51,864 bases of DNA from Prasinococcaceae sp. CCMP 1430 (Eukaryota; Plantae; Prasinodermophyta). Shown one piece after another: positions 8,897 through 20,772 of this stretch. The notes under the pieces are model-generated. The model had not been told where the DNA came from, did not search any database, and worked only from the letters and a program-made list of their open reading frames with translations. The stretch lies in the NCBI GenBank assembly GCA_013416795.1, contig RQSC01000028.1, positions 48,442 through 100,305 on the forward strand, read 5' to 3'. The translations under genes were made by a program, and so were the position numbers. Position 1 is the first letter of the stretch, and each line of letters opens with the position of its first letter.

Positions 8897-11800
8897 TCAC
8901 TGCGTGCTCTCGGCGTTGGCCGCGCGCGTCGCGAGAGGAGCGCGCAACCTGCTGCCCTTGCCAATGCCGCCAGTAGGAGCGGCCGCCGGCGCGACCGGCT
9001 GCTCCGGCTGCTGTTCGGCCTCCTCCGCGACGACCTCTTGCTCCTCCTCAGCCTCCGTTGCCTCCTCGGCCGCTTCGCACTCCTCCACGCCCTCAGCAGC
9101 GGCCTCGATGCTGTCCTGCACAGCCGCCGCGGACACGGTCTCCGGGGAGGCGAGGTCTTCCTCGGCCGCCGTGCCATCGGCACGCTTGCTCGCGCGAAAC
9201 TCCTCGAGCACGACCGCCGGATCGGCCGTCGCGAGCTTCGCGGCGGCACCCTCGCGCGGCACGGCATACGCACGCCGCTGTGGTGTCATCCCCGTGGGCT
9301 TCACGCTCTTGAGCTCGAAGGCCCGCATCGAGCGCGCCACTTCGGTGGCCTTGGACACCGTGCGTGCGCTCGCTGCGACCGCAGCAGCCTTGCCCTCTGC
9401 GGCGGCAGCACCGAGTTCGCCCGCTGCGCCGGCGGCGGCGGCCTGCGCCTCGCCAATGGCGCCCTCCAAAGCACCGGCGCCACCCTCCACCGCTTGGACA
9501 GCGGACGCGTGCGCGGCCTCGAAAGCGGCGCTGGCGTCGGCGGCCTGCGCCTGGGCAGACCCGTGCGCGGCCTGCGCCTCAGCGGAGGCCTTCGAGTCTG
9601 CGTCGGCCGCCTGGGCCGCCGCCGCCGCCGCTGCCGTGGAGCTGTCCTCGACGGCGGCCTTCATGGCGCCGACACCGGCGACCGTGGCAGTCATCATCTC
9701 GGCCAGCTTGCAATTTGCGCCGGCGCCGATGGAGCGAACCGCCGCGGCAGTGTGCGCCGACGCAGCACGCACGGCCTCGGCACGCTTGGTGACGAACGAT
9801 GCAACGAGCGTCTCGATTCCAGAGAGCAGCTCGGCCTGCTCCGCCGCGGCGTCGGCCTCGAACGTCGCAGCGAAGGCCTCGGCCTCGCCGGCGGCGTCGG
9901 CACTGTCGGCACCGACCTGGTCGGACACCTCCTTTGCGAAAGCCTTAAGCGACTCCTCGTGCTTGCACATGTCGGCGGTGAGCGCCTCCGCGGCCTCCGC
10001 GGCGGCGTCGGCGGCGGCCTTCGCAGCGGCGACGGCCGCGGCGCCGCGCGCTCCGCGGCGACCGCATCTGTACGAGCGCCGTCCGCGACTGCGCTCGCAG
10101 CGCTCGCGGCACTGGCCATCGCCGCGGCACCCTCGGCGGCGGCCGTCGCGACGGCCGCCGCCTGCGAGCGCAGCGAGGCTGCCACGCGCGCCTGGTCGGC
10201 AGCAGCATCCTTCGCCTTGCTCTGAAGCGCGTCGTAGCGCTCCGCCTCGGCGTCGAGGGCATTGCCCGCAATTTCGCTGACGGCCGTGAGGCGAGTGGCC
10301 AGCTTCTCCTTCAGGCGTTCGACGGCGGAGGCGTTGTGGCCCGCAATGCCGTCGGCGCGCGCGACCTTGGCAAAGAGCTCGGAGACGTCCATCGCGGCCG
10401 CGTCGAGCTCCATGCGGACCTTGTCGGCGTGCGACACCAGCCCCTTCTGCGAGCGCTCGTGCGAGGCGATCAGGTAGTCGCGCTCCTCGAGGCCCTCGTG
10501 CGCCTCGTCAAGCGCGCTCTCCGTGGCCTTGAGCTCGCCCTGCGTGGCCTGCAGCACGCACACGGTCTGGTCGTGCGCGTCCTTGAGGCTGTCGAGCTCC
10601 GTCTCCTTGGTCTCGAACAGCTTCTGCACCTTGGCGAGCTCCTCCTCCTTCTCCTCGATCTGCTGTTCGAGCGCGAGCACGGTCTCATCGAGCTTCTTGC
10701 GCTCCGCCTGCTCCTCGGCGTAGCGCTCGGCGTTGATGTACACGCCGTTCTTCTCGCGACAGGCCAGGAGGTCGCGGCGGAGGCGGTCGATCTCGCCGGT
10801 CATGTCCTTGATGAGCGTGGTCTTGGTCACGCGCTGGTTGACCTCGGGCCTGTTCTTGATGTTCTTGGCGCGATGCGCGTAGTCGAGCGTGGACAGAGTC
10901 TCCTCCAGGCAGTTGACCGAGGGGGCGACCGTGGCGATGATGCACGTCTTCGTGCGGCCGCCGAGGGAGTCGCGCAGCATGCGCGTGAGCTTGGAGTCGC
11001 GGTAGGGCACGTGTGGCTGCTTCTCCACCAGGGCGCTGATCACGCGGCCGAGGGTGAGCAGCGACTTGTTGATCTCGCCCGCCTCGCGCGCGCGGCTGTC
11101 CTTTGCGCCGGAGCGCCCGATGTTCTCCGAGCCCGCCAGGTCGACGAGGTTGAGGCGCCCGACCTTGATGACGTCCTCGCCGTCGGGGGTTGACTCCTTC
11201 ATGTGGATGGTCACCGAGAACACCGAGTGCGAGCGCGAGGACTGCTTGTTGAGCTTGGTCTCCGCGGTCCGGCGCTTGACCGTGCCGCGGTTGAGCACGT
11301 CGAAAATCTCGTCGGGGGTCTTCACGATGACCTCCTCGAGGCCGCGCACGGTGACGAAGCCCTTGGAGTCCTCGAGCAGCGCGAGCTTGCGCTTGTCGTC
11401 GAGCGTGTCCGCGCCGAGCAGGTCGGTGATCTCCTCGTTGTACAGCTCGAGGAAGGTGACCTTCACCGAGTACTCGGACCCGTTGGCCTCGAGCGTCTCG
11501 AAGATCTGCTTCACCGAGCGCGGGATGACGCCGGCGTCCGCCGCGAGGGCGCCGTCCTTCACGTACGTCTTCTCGGCGCCGGCGATGCCGCCCTCCATGG
11601 TGAAGGTCTTGCCGGTGCCCGTCTGGCCGTAGGCGAAGATGGCGCACGTGTAGCCGGAGAGCACCTCGTCGACGATGGGCGTGACGGCGGTTTCATAGAG
11701 CTCGGCCTGCTCGCTCTGCGGGCCGAACACCTTGTCGTAGTGGAAGGTGCGCTCGTGCGTCTTGCCCGCGATGGTCTGCGACACGTGCACCTCGCGGCTC

Positions 11801-11934
11801 GCCTCGGCGCACTTGACCACGGTGGGCGCGCGCGCCTTCTTCTCCTCGGCGTTGGCCGGCCGGCAGCGCAGGATGACCTGCACGTTGACCGAGTCGCCGT
11901 CGCCCGCCGCGCCCGACCCCGCCGACGCCGCCAT
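8897..11934 (-). CDS. Kinesin-5 (BimC/Eg5 family) with an apparent frameshift near 10045-10052
   Basis: IFAYGQTGTGKT, NKQSSRSH, LVDLAGSE, HVPYRDSKLTR, coiled-coil stalk; the C-terminal part lies in a second frame (ORF 8897..9970) and carries the BimC box KPTGMTPQRR. Confidence 0.93.
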
Positions 11935-13239
11935 GCCCGCCCTCGCCTCGCGTTCCCCCTACACAAAGAAAAGAGCGCGCGGCTTCCGCCGCGCGCGCGC
12001 GCGCGCGCGGGGGGGGGCAGCGCTCTGCCAGTCATTCCCATGCGCTCTGTGGCGCGCGCGGCGCCGCCGCCGTGGACTCCACCCCACCCCACCCCACACA
12101 CAGCCTCGCGCGCCCGCGTTCGCGCGCGCGCCGCTGCTGCTCCCCTCCCAACGGCTGTCTTCGCATCGACGCATTTTTCTAAAAATATTTTTAAAAAAAG
12201 GCACGTCCAAACGCATCCGCTCCGGCCGAGGAGCGTCGCCCACGTCACAAACGCATGCATTTCGACGCGCAGACGGCCGGAGGCATCTCCATCAAAACGC
12301 ACCATACTGTACTCGGTAGCTCAATTTGATGAAGCGTGAGAGGTATATCACTTAACATCAAATCGGATCTTTTCATGAATGGCATTTTTCTGTTTCCCGT
12401 GGGCATGCAATTCGACGTCACCTTTTTTTTGTCGGACGGGCGCGCGCCGAGATCCTGCCGTAACCTTAACCTCATCGCAACGCAATTTGTGTTTTATGGA
12501 TAAAGGGTTCATAATTTTGAGCTTTCGCTTGTGTTTTGACCACGCGCCCGGGCGCCGCGCGCGCGAACCTCCGTACCGACGCAACCCCGTTCCCCCCCCC
12601 CCACCGCTTCTTTGCGGTTTCAGCCCGGGTGTCCGCCGACATTGTTCTCGTTTTGACGACTCTTTTTTACAAACCCTGTTTTTGAAAACCGTTGGGGGAA
12701 AGCGCGCGGAAAACGCCCGGCTGACGGCGTCGCCCCGACGTCGCCCGCGCATCGGATTCCGGAGCGCGCGCGCGCGCGTTTGCCGCGGGACGCGCGGCGG
12801 CGGGTGCCGCGCGACCTGCGCGCGCGTTTTACGGGACAGATTTCGGGCGCGCATGGAGCAAACGCGCGCGCGCGCGCGCGCGCGCGCGGAGAAAGGCGCT
12901 CGCTCGCTCGCTGGGGAAGGGGGGGAAGGAAGGGAGCGACGACGCCACAGCTGGCGCCGCTGGCGCCCCAGCGGAGCGCCCGCTCACGCCAACGCTCACC
13001 CCTGCACACGCACGAACACACGCAGGCACCGCCGGGAGGGCGCCGTCCTCCCTTTCCCTCGTCGCCCGCGTCGGCTTCTCCCTCGCCGGTTTTCCACTAC
13101 GCGCGCCAGCCTCGGCCCCTCCCCCCACCCCACCCCTCCTCCCCCCTCGACGCGGCGCAGGCCCTCCATTGCCAGGCGCCCTGCGGCGGCGGCGGGCGAG
13201 GCGCGCGGGTGGGCGCGCGGGCTAATAAGGGAGGTAATC

Positions 13240-14073
13240 ATGGGCGCCGGGGCGAGGGCGGCCGCCAAGGAGCTCCGCGTGGACACGGACGGCGTCCGCG
13301 GGGCGCCGGACGGCCGCGCGGAGGAGGGCGAGCCGTGCACGCCCAGCGGCGGCGAGTGCTCGTCGGCGGGCGACGCCAGCGAGTGCGCGACGCCCGCATC
13401 GGTGCTGGACGTGCGCAAGGCGCAGCAGCGGCGCCTCTCCGACAAGGGCGGCGCCAAGGAGGCAGCGACCGCCGAGGGTGCAGCCGCGCACGCTCCCGCG
13501 CAGCGAACGGCGCTGGTGGCGCACATGCGATCGGGCGCGGCCAACTCGGCGATGGCCTCGCGGCGGCCGCCGCTCGCGCCAAACACCGGCGCGTCGCGCG
13601 GGCGACCGCCCGCGGCCGCCGTCGCCCGCGGGGGCGCGGGCCACACGCTGCCGTCCGTGCTGAGGAGGTGCGTCGTACGATGCGCTGGGGGCAAGAGAGC
13701 GTGGGAATAGAGCCTGTGCGCGTGCATGTGGGCGAGAGCGAGCGCATCGGATCGCTGGTCGCTGACGCCGCCGCGCCTGCTCCAATGCACGCCGGCCGAT
13801 CGCGCGCGCGGGCGCGCTTCGCTCGCCTCGGCGATGGCACGCGCGTCGCCTCCTCGGATCCGATCCGTCGCGCCGTGCAGGCTCAAGGCCCGCAAGGGCG
13901 CCAAGGGCTACAAGCGCAAGGTCCTCAAGGCGCACGCGACGCTTCCCGATCTGCTGTCCTCGCAGCTGGGCATGGGCGGCCTCGCGCGGGCGCTCGAGAA
14001 GCGCGCCATGTGGCTGGCAATCTCGGAGAGGCGCGAGCTGATGCGCGCGCAGGCGCTTGGCGTGCTGCAGTGA
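13240..14073 (+). CDS. Hypothetical protein, 2 exons (13240-13667, 13881-14073)
   Basis: ATG at 13240; GTGCGT donor at 13668, CTGAC branch, GTGCAG acceptor at 13880; frame-consistent join to ...LKARKGAKGYKRKVLK... Confidence 0.55.
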
Positions 14074-14304
14074 GGCGCGCGCAGTCCTCCGCAACGAGCG
14101 CGAGCGTGCGCACGGCGGCGCGACCATACGGCGCAATGCGGTGACTAACAACTAATTAACAAACGGGTGCTTAATCTACGCGCACTACGATCAGAGCACT
14201 ACCGTCGAACGCGCGCGCTCGCAGCTGCGCGATGCATTCGTGTACATGTACATACATTTACTGCCCCGCAAGCGCCGCCGGCGCTGGGCGAGATGTCGCC
14301 ACGT

Positions 14305-15700
14305 TCACGCTGCGTCGGCACAGGCGTGCTCGCGCAAGTGCTCGATGGCCTCGCGCACGACAGCGCCGTCCTCCGTGACCGCGCAGCCCGACCACGCCAG
14401 GTTGAGAGCGCCCGTGCCGAACGCGCGCACGCCGCGCGCGACCGCACGCACGTTCCCCGAGCAGTCATCGCGCAACAGCTGCGTGCGTTCCGGCAGGCCG
14501 GCGGCACGCAGCGCGTCTTTCTCGGTAGTGGAGACGGCGCTGTGGGCGCGCGGGGTGAAGGTCGCGCCTAGCAGGGGTGCGAGAGACGGACGCAGCACAG
14601 TGCGACGCGTCAGTGCCCCATGGCGTACATATAGCGCGCATTCAAGCCCGCAGCCGGTGCGCACGCGCGAGCGCGCCCCTGGTCCCGCGGGTAACCTGCG
14701 CGCGCGTCGGGCGCACTCACCCTCGGCGGCATCATCGTCCTGCCGCCACTCGGCGACTTTCTTCAGCACGGCCACGAAGAAGCCGCCCGAGTTGTTGTCG
14801 TGGGGCGCGATGCGCGAGCATCGTTGCAGCTGCGTGCGCATGCCATCGCTGAGCTTGGCCGGCGCGAACATGGAGCGCTGAGGCGCCGGGCGCATGCCCG
14901 CAGCCTTGGCGTCCGCGCGGGTCTCGTACCACCTGAGGCTCGCCTCCTCCTCGTCGTCGTCGATGGCGTGGTCCGCCACACGCCAGGTCGTGAGGCCCGG
15001 CCGTCGAACGAAACCATCTGCGACACGCGCGGGCCACGCCGCGACCTTGACCGCGCCACGCGCGCGGCGAAGCACCTCGGCGACGACCGCCTCGTCCTCG
15101 ATGGGGTTGAGGCTGCACGTGGAGTATACCATGGTGCCACCGACGCGCAAGAGCTCCACCCCTCGCAGCGCGATTGCAAGCTGCGTGGCGTGCAGCGCAT
15201 TCCCGACGCCGGGCGTCCAGCGCGGCAGAACGGAGCTGTCCTTGCGCACGGTGCCGTCGCCCGAGCATGGCACGTCCGCCAGCACCCTGTCGAAGCCCAC
15301 GCGCGTCGTGCTCCGACCGGCGCCGCACCGCCCGAAGGGCTTCTGTGGCAGCGGCACCGCCTGGCCGCCGTGATTGACGGCGGCCAGCGCGCAGCATCGC
15401 GCGGGCGCACTTGGCGCGCGACGCCCGTGGCGCGTCAGGCAGTCGGTGAGGGTGCGCAGGCGTCGCGGGTCGGCGTCGTTCGCAACCACGAACCCATGCT
15501 CACCCACCGCCTCAAGTATCATCATGGTCTTCGAGCCCGGCGCCGCGCACAGGTCGGCGACTGCCTCGCCCGCGCGCGGCTGCAGCGCCAGAACGGGGAG
15601 CATGGATACGGTCTCTTGCCGCGCGGCGGCTGCCGCGCCGGTGGCGCCCTCCAGAGCGCGCAGCAGCGCCTCCTCCACACTCGAGCGGTCGGCGCGGCGC
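14305..15700 (-). CDS. RsmB/NOP2-family RNA cytosine-C5 methyltransferase (NSUN2/TRM4-like), 5' end missing; probable intron 14568-14720
   Basis: DLCAAPGSKT, ANDAD, FDRVLADVPCSGDGTVRK, YSTCSLNPIEDEAVV and PHDNNSGGFFVAVLKK; GTGAGT...CTGAC...CTAG intron. Confidence 0.9.
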
Positions 15701-15739
15701 TTGCGCGCGGCGGCGCGCACGGGCACGCGCACGCGCACG

Positions 15740-16890
15740 CGGACTTCCGCAACGCAGCCAACGGCGGCTACTTCGAGACCTCCTACTACTTCGACAGACT
15801 CGTGCACGACTTGTCAATGGCGGACCTCGAGGACCTCTTCGACGCGGCCGGCATGAGCACCTGGACCATCGACGACGTCGGCAACGTGGCTCGCGCCGGG
15901 ATGCGCGCCGGCGCCGGCGTTGATGACGTCGAAGGCGTCGCCGCGCGTCTCAACGCGAGCTCCGCGGCGTCGTCGTCCGCCTCATCCGCCTCGTCCTCGT
16001 TGCCCAAGGCGAGAGCGGCGACCGCGGACGCGCGCACGCGCGCGTGCGCGGAGGGGCAGGCCTCCCCGTGCGGCTTCTGGCGCCGCGTGCAGCAGCACGC
16101 GCTGTCCGGAGGACGCGCGGCGCCCCTTTTCCGCCGTCACGCGCGAGATGCGCGCGAGACGACGCGCGAAGCGCGCGGGACGACGCGCGAGGCGCGCCCG
16201 CGGGGCCGCAACAACCAGAGCGCTCGCCTCCAGCGCCAGGCGCGCCTCCTCGCCATCGGCCCGTCGCCCCCGAAGGTGAATCCCGGCGTCCTGGACTTCA
16301 TGCTCGGCACAGACGCGCACGCGTACGCGCACGCCGGCCCATCGGCGCTCGGCGTCTTTCAGTGGGCGGCCAAGGCCGCGCGCACGCAGCTGCGCACGCT
16401 GGCGCTGGTCCCCGTGGCGCGGGATGACGCCAAGGAGTCGCCGACGACCAACAACGCCAACGCCGAGAGCTCCGCCCCGCGTCTGTTCTCGCTCGAGCTC
16501 GACTCCTTCGCCTTCGCCCAAGGCAGCAGGCCGCTCCATCCTGCGCCTGGGCTGGACGTGCGTTTGCCGAGCCTGGACACGCTCGTGTTGAGGAGCATTG
16601 ACAGCCTCTTCAGCGGCGCCGGCGGCAACGCGAGCGCGGCCTCTTTGGCCGTCGGAGGCGCGGACAGCCGCGCGGCCGAACGCGCCGAGAGCGTGCGCGT
16701 CGATGCCATGGACGCGCCGTCGACCACGGCCGTGCCATCCAATCTCGTACAGCCGGCGAACGTGGCCGTGCCGGTGCTGAAGCATGGGGTGCCCGTGCCC
16801 CCAATATCGGATGACGCGGGACCAGCTACGCGCGAGCTCTGCGACGAGCTGCGCAACGTCGGCTATCGCCGGCTGCAGGCGTGTGCCTGA
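15740..16890 (+). CDS. Hypothetical protein, start uncertain (first ATG at 15817)
   Basis: Coding-like frame (GGYFETSYYFDRLVHDLSMADLEDLF...) with GC3 bias; no family recognised. Confidence 0.5.
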
Positions 16891-17268
16891 GCGGAGATGT
16901 GGCGCAGACAGGGCACGTGTCTCGCGCGCGAGGACGCGGTGGGGTGCTCGCGCCTCCCGTTCGGAGCACGCGGACGCGCGCACAGACCCTCGAACGTGCG
17001 TGTGCACGCACATGCGCACGTGCACGACCCTTCGCGCGCGTGCAGGGGCCGCTCTGCTCATTCAAGCCCGCCACGGGGCACCACGCGCACCCATTTCAAG
17101 CAACGAACGATCCGGGGGGGGCGAAGCGAGGGCGCGCCGACAGAGAGGCTAGCAGCATCAGTGTAACACTCGCCGCCTTCCCGAGCTCCGATGCCCACCG
17201 ACCGCACCATGCGCGTGTGCGCGCAAACGCGACATTCTCTCTGGCGTGCACACCCGCACGCATACTTT

Positions 17269-17290
17269 TAGAGAGAGAGAGAGAGAGAGA
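17269..17290. repeat. (AG)n microsatellite
   Basis: agagagag... run. Confidence 0.9.
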
Positions 17291-17619
17291 CCCGCGCCTT
17301 GCGCGCTGCATGCGGTCTGGCGCCGAGCTTGCGCGCTTGCCTGTGCTCCTCCGCCCGTACGGCCCTGCCGGGGAAGAGGCTCGTGCGCATGCTGACGCAG
17401 CTGCGTCGCGACTCCTGCACTAAGAAGTACTGCACTGCGCGCGTACTTAAACCCTTCCTTCAGCGACCCAAATAAAAACCCAAACCCAAAGCCCTAACGG
17501 ACGCGCGCGCGGTCGGCCCGCGGGCGCACGGTGTCGCGGGTGGGTGGGGGGCACACGCGCGCGCGCGGCCGGCGGCGGCGCGGAGGAGCGCCAAGCTTTG
17601 GCCCACGAGCACATTTCTG

Positions 17620-18240
17620 ATGCGGGCGGGCAAGGTGCGGGCGCGCGAGCGGGCGGGGAGGGGCGTGGGCCCGAGCGGAGTCGGGCGCGCGCCCCTCACG
17701 CTGGGCCACCTTGCCCCCGCGCTCGTTTCTGACGCGCGCGTGCACGCCTGCGCTCGCTCGCCCGCGCGCGTTCGTCCCGTGCAGCCCGGAGACTTCGGTG
17801 ACGAAGACAAACTCGGCGAGGGCGAGGGCATGTCCATTCCGTCCGACATGTTCGGCTGCTCGCCGGAGGAGAAGTGCGCCCAGGCGCTGCAGTCGCTCTT
17901 CACGTCGGTCGGCGTGCGCGTCGTCATGGAGCAGTGGATCGGCAGCCGCCACCGGTCGCCCATGTACAACAAAATGATCGACTACCTCGAGGAGAACCCA
18001 ATCAAGGGAGGCAACTCCACGGAGTGGCTCGCGACGATGATGCGCCACGAGGAGCTAGATTTCCGCCTCGCGGCAGTGCGCATCGTCGAGGTGCGGCAGA
18101 AGTACGCCAAGGCCGCCTTTGACTGGGACGACATGAAGCTGGTGGCGCTCGCAGGCATCGAGAAGGACTCGCGCGAGCTGCTGGGCGCGTACATGACGCA
18201 GAGCTTCGATGCTGGCTCCGATTCCGACGATGACGAATGA
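17620..18240 (+). CDS. RBCX: RbcX type II Rubisco assembly chaperone; probable intron 17635-17784; transit peptide not evident
   Basis: MSIPSDMFGCSPEEKCAQALQSLFTSVGVRVVMEQ...EWLATMM...AVRIVEVRQKY...FDW matches the eukaryotic RbcX-II pattern (SPE.KAA..L..LFT.VA.R.V..Q; R..EVR..Y...F.W). Confidence 0.85.
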   Translation: MRAGKVRARERAGRGVGPSGVGRAPLTLGHLAPALVSDARVHACARSPARVRPVQPGDFGDEDKLGEGEGMSIPSDMFGCSPEEKCAQALQSLFTSVGVRVVMEQWIGSRHRSPMYNKMIDYLEENPIKGGNSTEWLATMMRHEELDFRLAAVRIVEVRQKYAKAAFDWDDMKLVALAGIEKDSRELLGAYMTQSFDAGSDSDDDE

Positions 18241-18363
18241 AACCGGTCGAGTCACGCCCAGACGCATGCGAACGCGCGCGACCGAATACAGTAATAGGCG
18301 CGAGCGCGCGCGCACAGGTACATCCATGCTTTGTGACTATGTGTACACGTGCATTACAGGAGC

Positions 18364-20269
18364 TCACACGCGCGCCTTGGCCCTGTCGCTCTTGACAATC
18401 GCGAGCTCTTCGCTCCACTCGTAGTCCATGCCGCTGCCGAAACGCACCGCGTCGAAGGCGCGCCGCAGCGCGTACGCCCGCCGCGGAGGCAGTAGCTCGT
18501 CGAGCGAGGCCATCAAGTCCGGCGAACCTTCCATGAACTGCGAGCAAATTGGCGAACCAACAACGAGCCGGGCGTGCGCGCGCGCTCGTGTCAGGCAACT
18601 GCGCCGAGGCGCGCACACTCGCGAGCGTCGGGCGCATCGCAAACGGCGACGCCGCCACCGCATACGCGCACCGCCGCGGACGCACCTTGGTTGCCAGCGT
18701 GTACGCCCCCATCGTAGCGTAATGCTTGGCCCACTCAGCAAGGTTGCCCACGCCCACCGCTGCAACGAGGCTCGGCACCATCAGTGGCGCCTGTAGCATG
18801 TAGGTGCCAAGGGTGCGACCAAGAACCTCGAAGGACGGCACGTCCTGGAGGAAGGGCCGCATGATGCGGTCACCATTCGCGTCCATCGCCGCGAAGTTTC
18901 CGCTCATCATTTTCGAGATGAACTCTTTGTCGTATCCCGGGACGGCCGTCGCGCCGGGCTCCAGCTTCATCGCGTCGTAGAACGCCCCTGGTTCAGCTCG
19001 CGCCGAGAGATGCGGCGCGGCCAGTCCTGTCAGCGCTGCACATGCGCTTCAATGCGGCGCATGCGCTTCCATGCGCGAGGGGCGTCGGGGAGCGCCAGGT
19101 GAAAGCGCACGCGTGCGCAGGCAGTGCAGGCCAAACATCGAGGCGAAAGAGGCGCGCTGTCAGGGGCAAGGCTCGAGCCACTGAAGTCACGTACATTGCG
19201 CCGATAGGTTTGGGAGGTAGGGGCTGAGCATCCCGAGCGCATCGGCATCGACGGCGTTGATCGACAACGCCTCCTGCAGGCCGTCGGCCGTGCGCGCGAG
19301 GTGCCGCGAGAGCGCACCAAACCCGCCGAACGAGAGCGGGCTCTGCGCGCCGCCCGCGTCGCCCACGCACAGCACGCGGCTGACGTCCGCACGCAGCGGC
19401 GAGTCGCGGTACGCGGGGAAGATCGCGTACATGAGGCGGCGCACCTCGAGGTCGTCAAGGTTCACGTTCTGGTACGCCTCCAGCCGCGGCCAGTACTCCT
19501 CGAGCATCTGCTCAAGGCTGGGTCGCCGCTCGTCGGCGTCCAGATAGGAGAACATGTACGTCGTGCGGTCGCCTGCGCCCGATCCCGCCGGGAAAGCCTC
19601 CCAAAAGTACTGCAGATCGAGGCTGCTCGCAGGCGCGTCTGTGACGATGAGGTCGCCGCTCGTGTTGCGCTCGGGCGCGAAGCCCGACGCGCAGGTGCCC
19701 ACCACCATGCACACGGCGTCCGGCGGCGCGTAGCCGCGGAACTGCGCGGCGGCGGGCGACGCGTTGCCCATGCAGTCCACGACGACGCGCGCGCGTAGCG
19801 CGTCGCCGCCCTCCACGCGCAGCACCGCGCCGTCGGCGTACACGTCGATGCCCTCAAGCGGAGTGTTCTCCAGCACGTCCCCGCCGCGGCTCTCCAAGTT
19901 CTCCCTCGCGCTATCGACGAGCGCGGCGGGCGACACGCCGAGGTTGAGCACGTTCGATATGGTTCCCTCAAAGCCACCGTAGAATGCCGCTCGCACTGGG
20001 TTGAACTCGGCGGCGATGGCCGCCTCAGCCTGCGCCTCGGTCAGCGCCCCTGCGGCCACCACGTCGAGGAGCTCCGCGCGAGAGATATTCCACTCCTGCT
20101 CGCGCCCGCGCACCGCGCCGCGTTCGACGAGCGCGACACGAAGTCCGCGCGCGGCGAGCGCGGCGGCGACGAAAGACCCTAGCGTCCCGCCACACACCGC
20201 CACGTCATAGAGCGCCGAGCCGGGCGCCTCGTCGGCCGCGCGGGCGCTCTCCTTCTCGCGGTCGCGCAC
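18364..20269 (-). CDS. CruP-like FAD-dependent lycopene cyclase paralog; exons ~20269-19195, 18987-18686, 18537-18364; start codon not found
   Basis: DVAVCGGTLG, REQEWNISR, NVLNLGVSP, QYFWEAFPAG, DRTTYMFSY, QSPLSFGGFG, PYLPNLS and C-terminal FGSGMDY; canonical introns 18988-19194 and 18538-18685. Confidence 0.88.
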
Positions 20270-20772
20270 GAACGGCGCGCGACGCTCGCTCGCGCCGCCG
20301 CCGCTGCCGTGCCCCGCCGTGCCGCGCCGCGCCGTACCCGCCGGCGTCGCCCCGCAGCCGACGACGCAATCAAAATCAAAATCAAAATCAAAATCGAAAA
20401 CAAATAATCACCGCTTCTTCCGAAAAGGCGCACGAACGGTCGTCTCCATCCTCACGTCAATGTGCAATGCTGTGTGTACTTTCACCGATGGTTCCGTGGT
20501 GGTACAGTACCATCGATTGATGGTACAGCACCAACCGGTGGTACAGGCTTTGAAAAGGGGTTGCTTTGGTGTTGCTTTCGGGTTCGGTCTCGGTTTCGGT
20601 CTCGGTCTTCGGTCTCGGTTTCGCCTTCCGCCTGCGCAAGGGCGTGGGCCTTTTCCATTCGTTTTGACCTCGCGCTCGTCCCGCCGTGGAATCTTCGGGA
20701 AGCGCGCGTGTGCTGGGTGGAGGCGATGGCCGTGTGTGCGAGGGGGGGGGGGTGTCGGTCGGGTGGGTTCGC

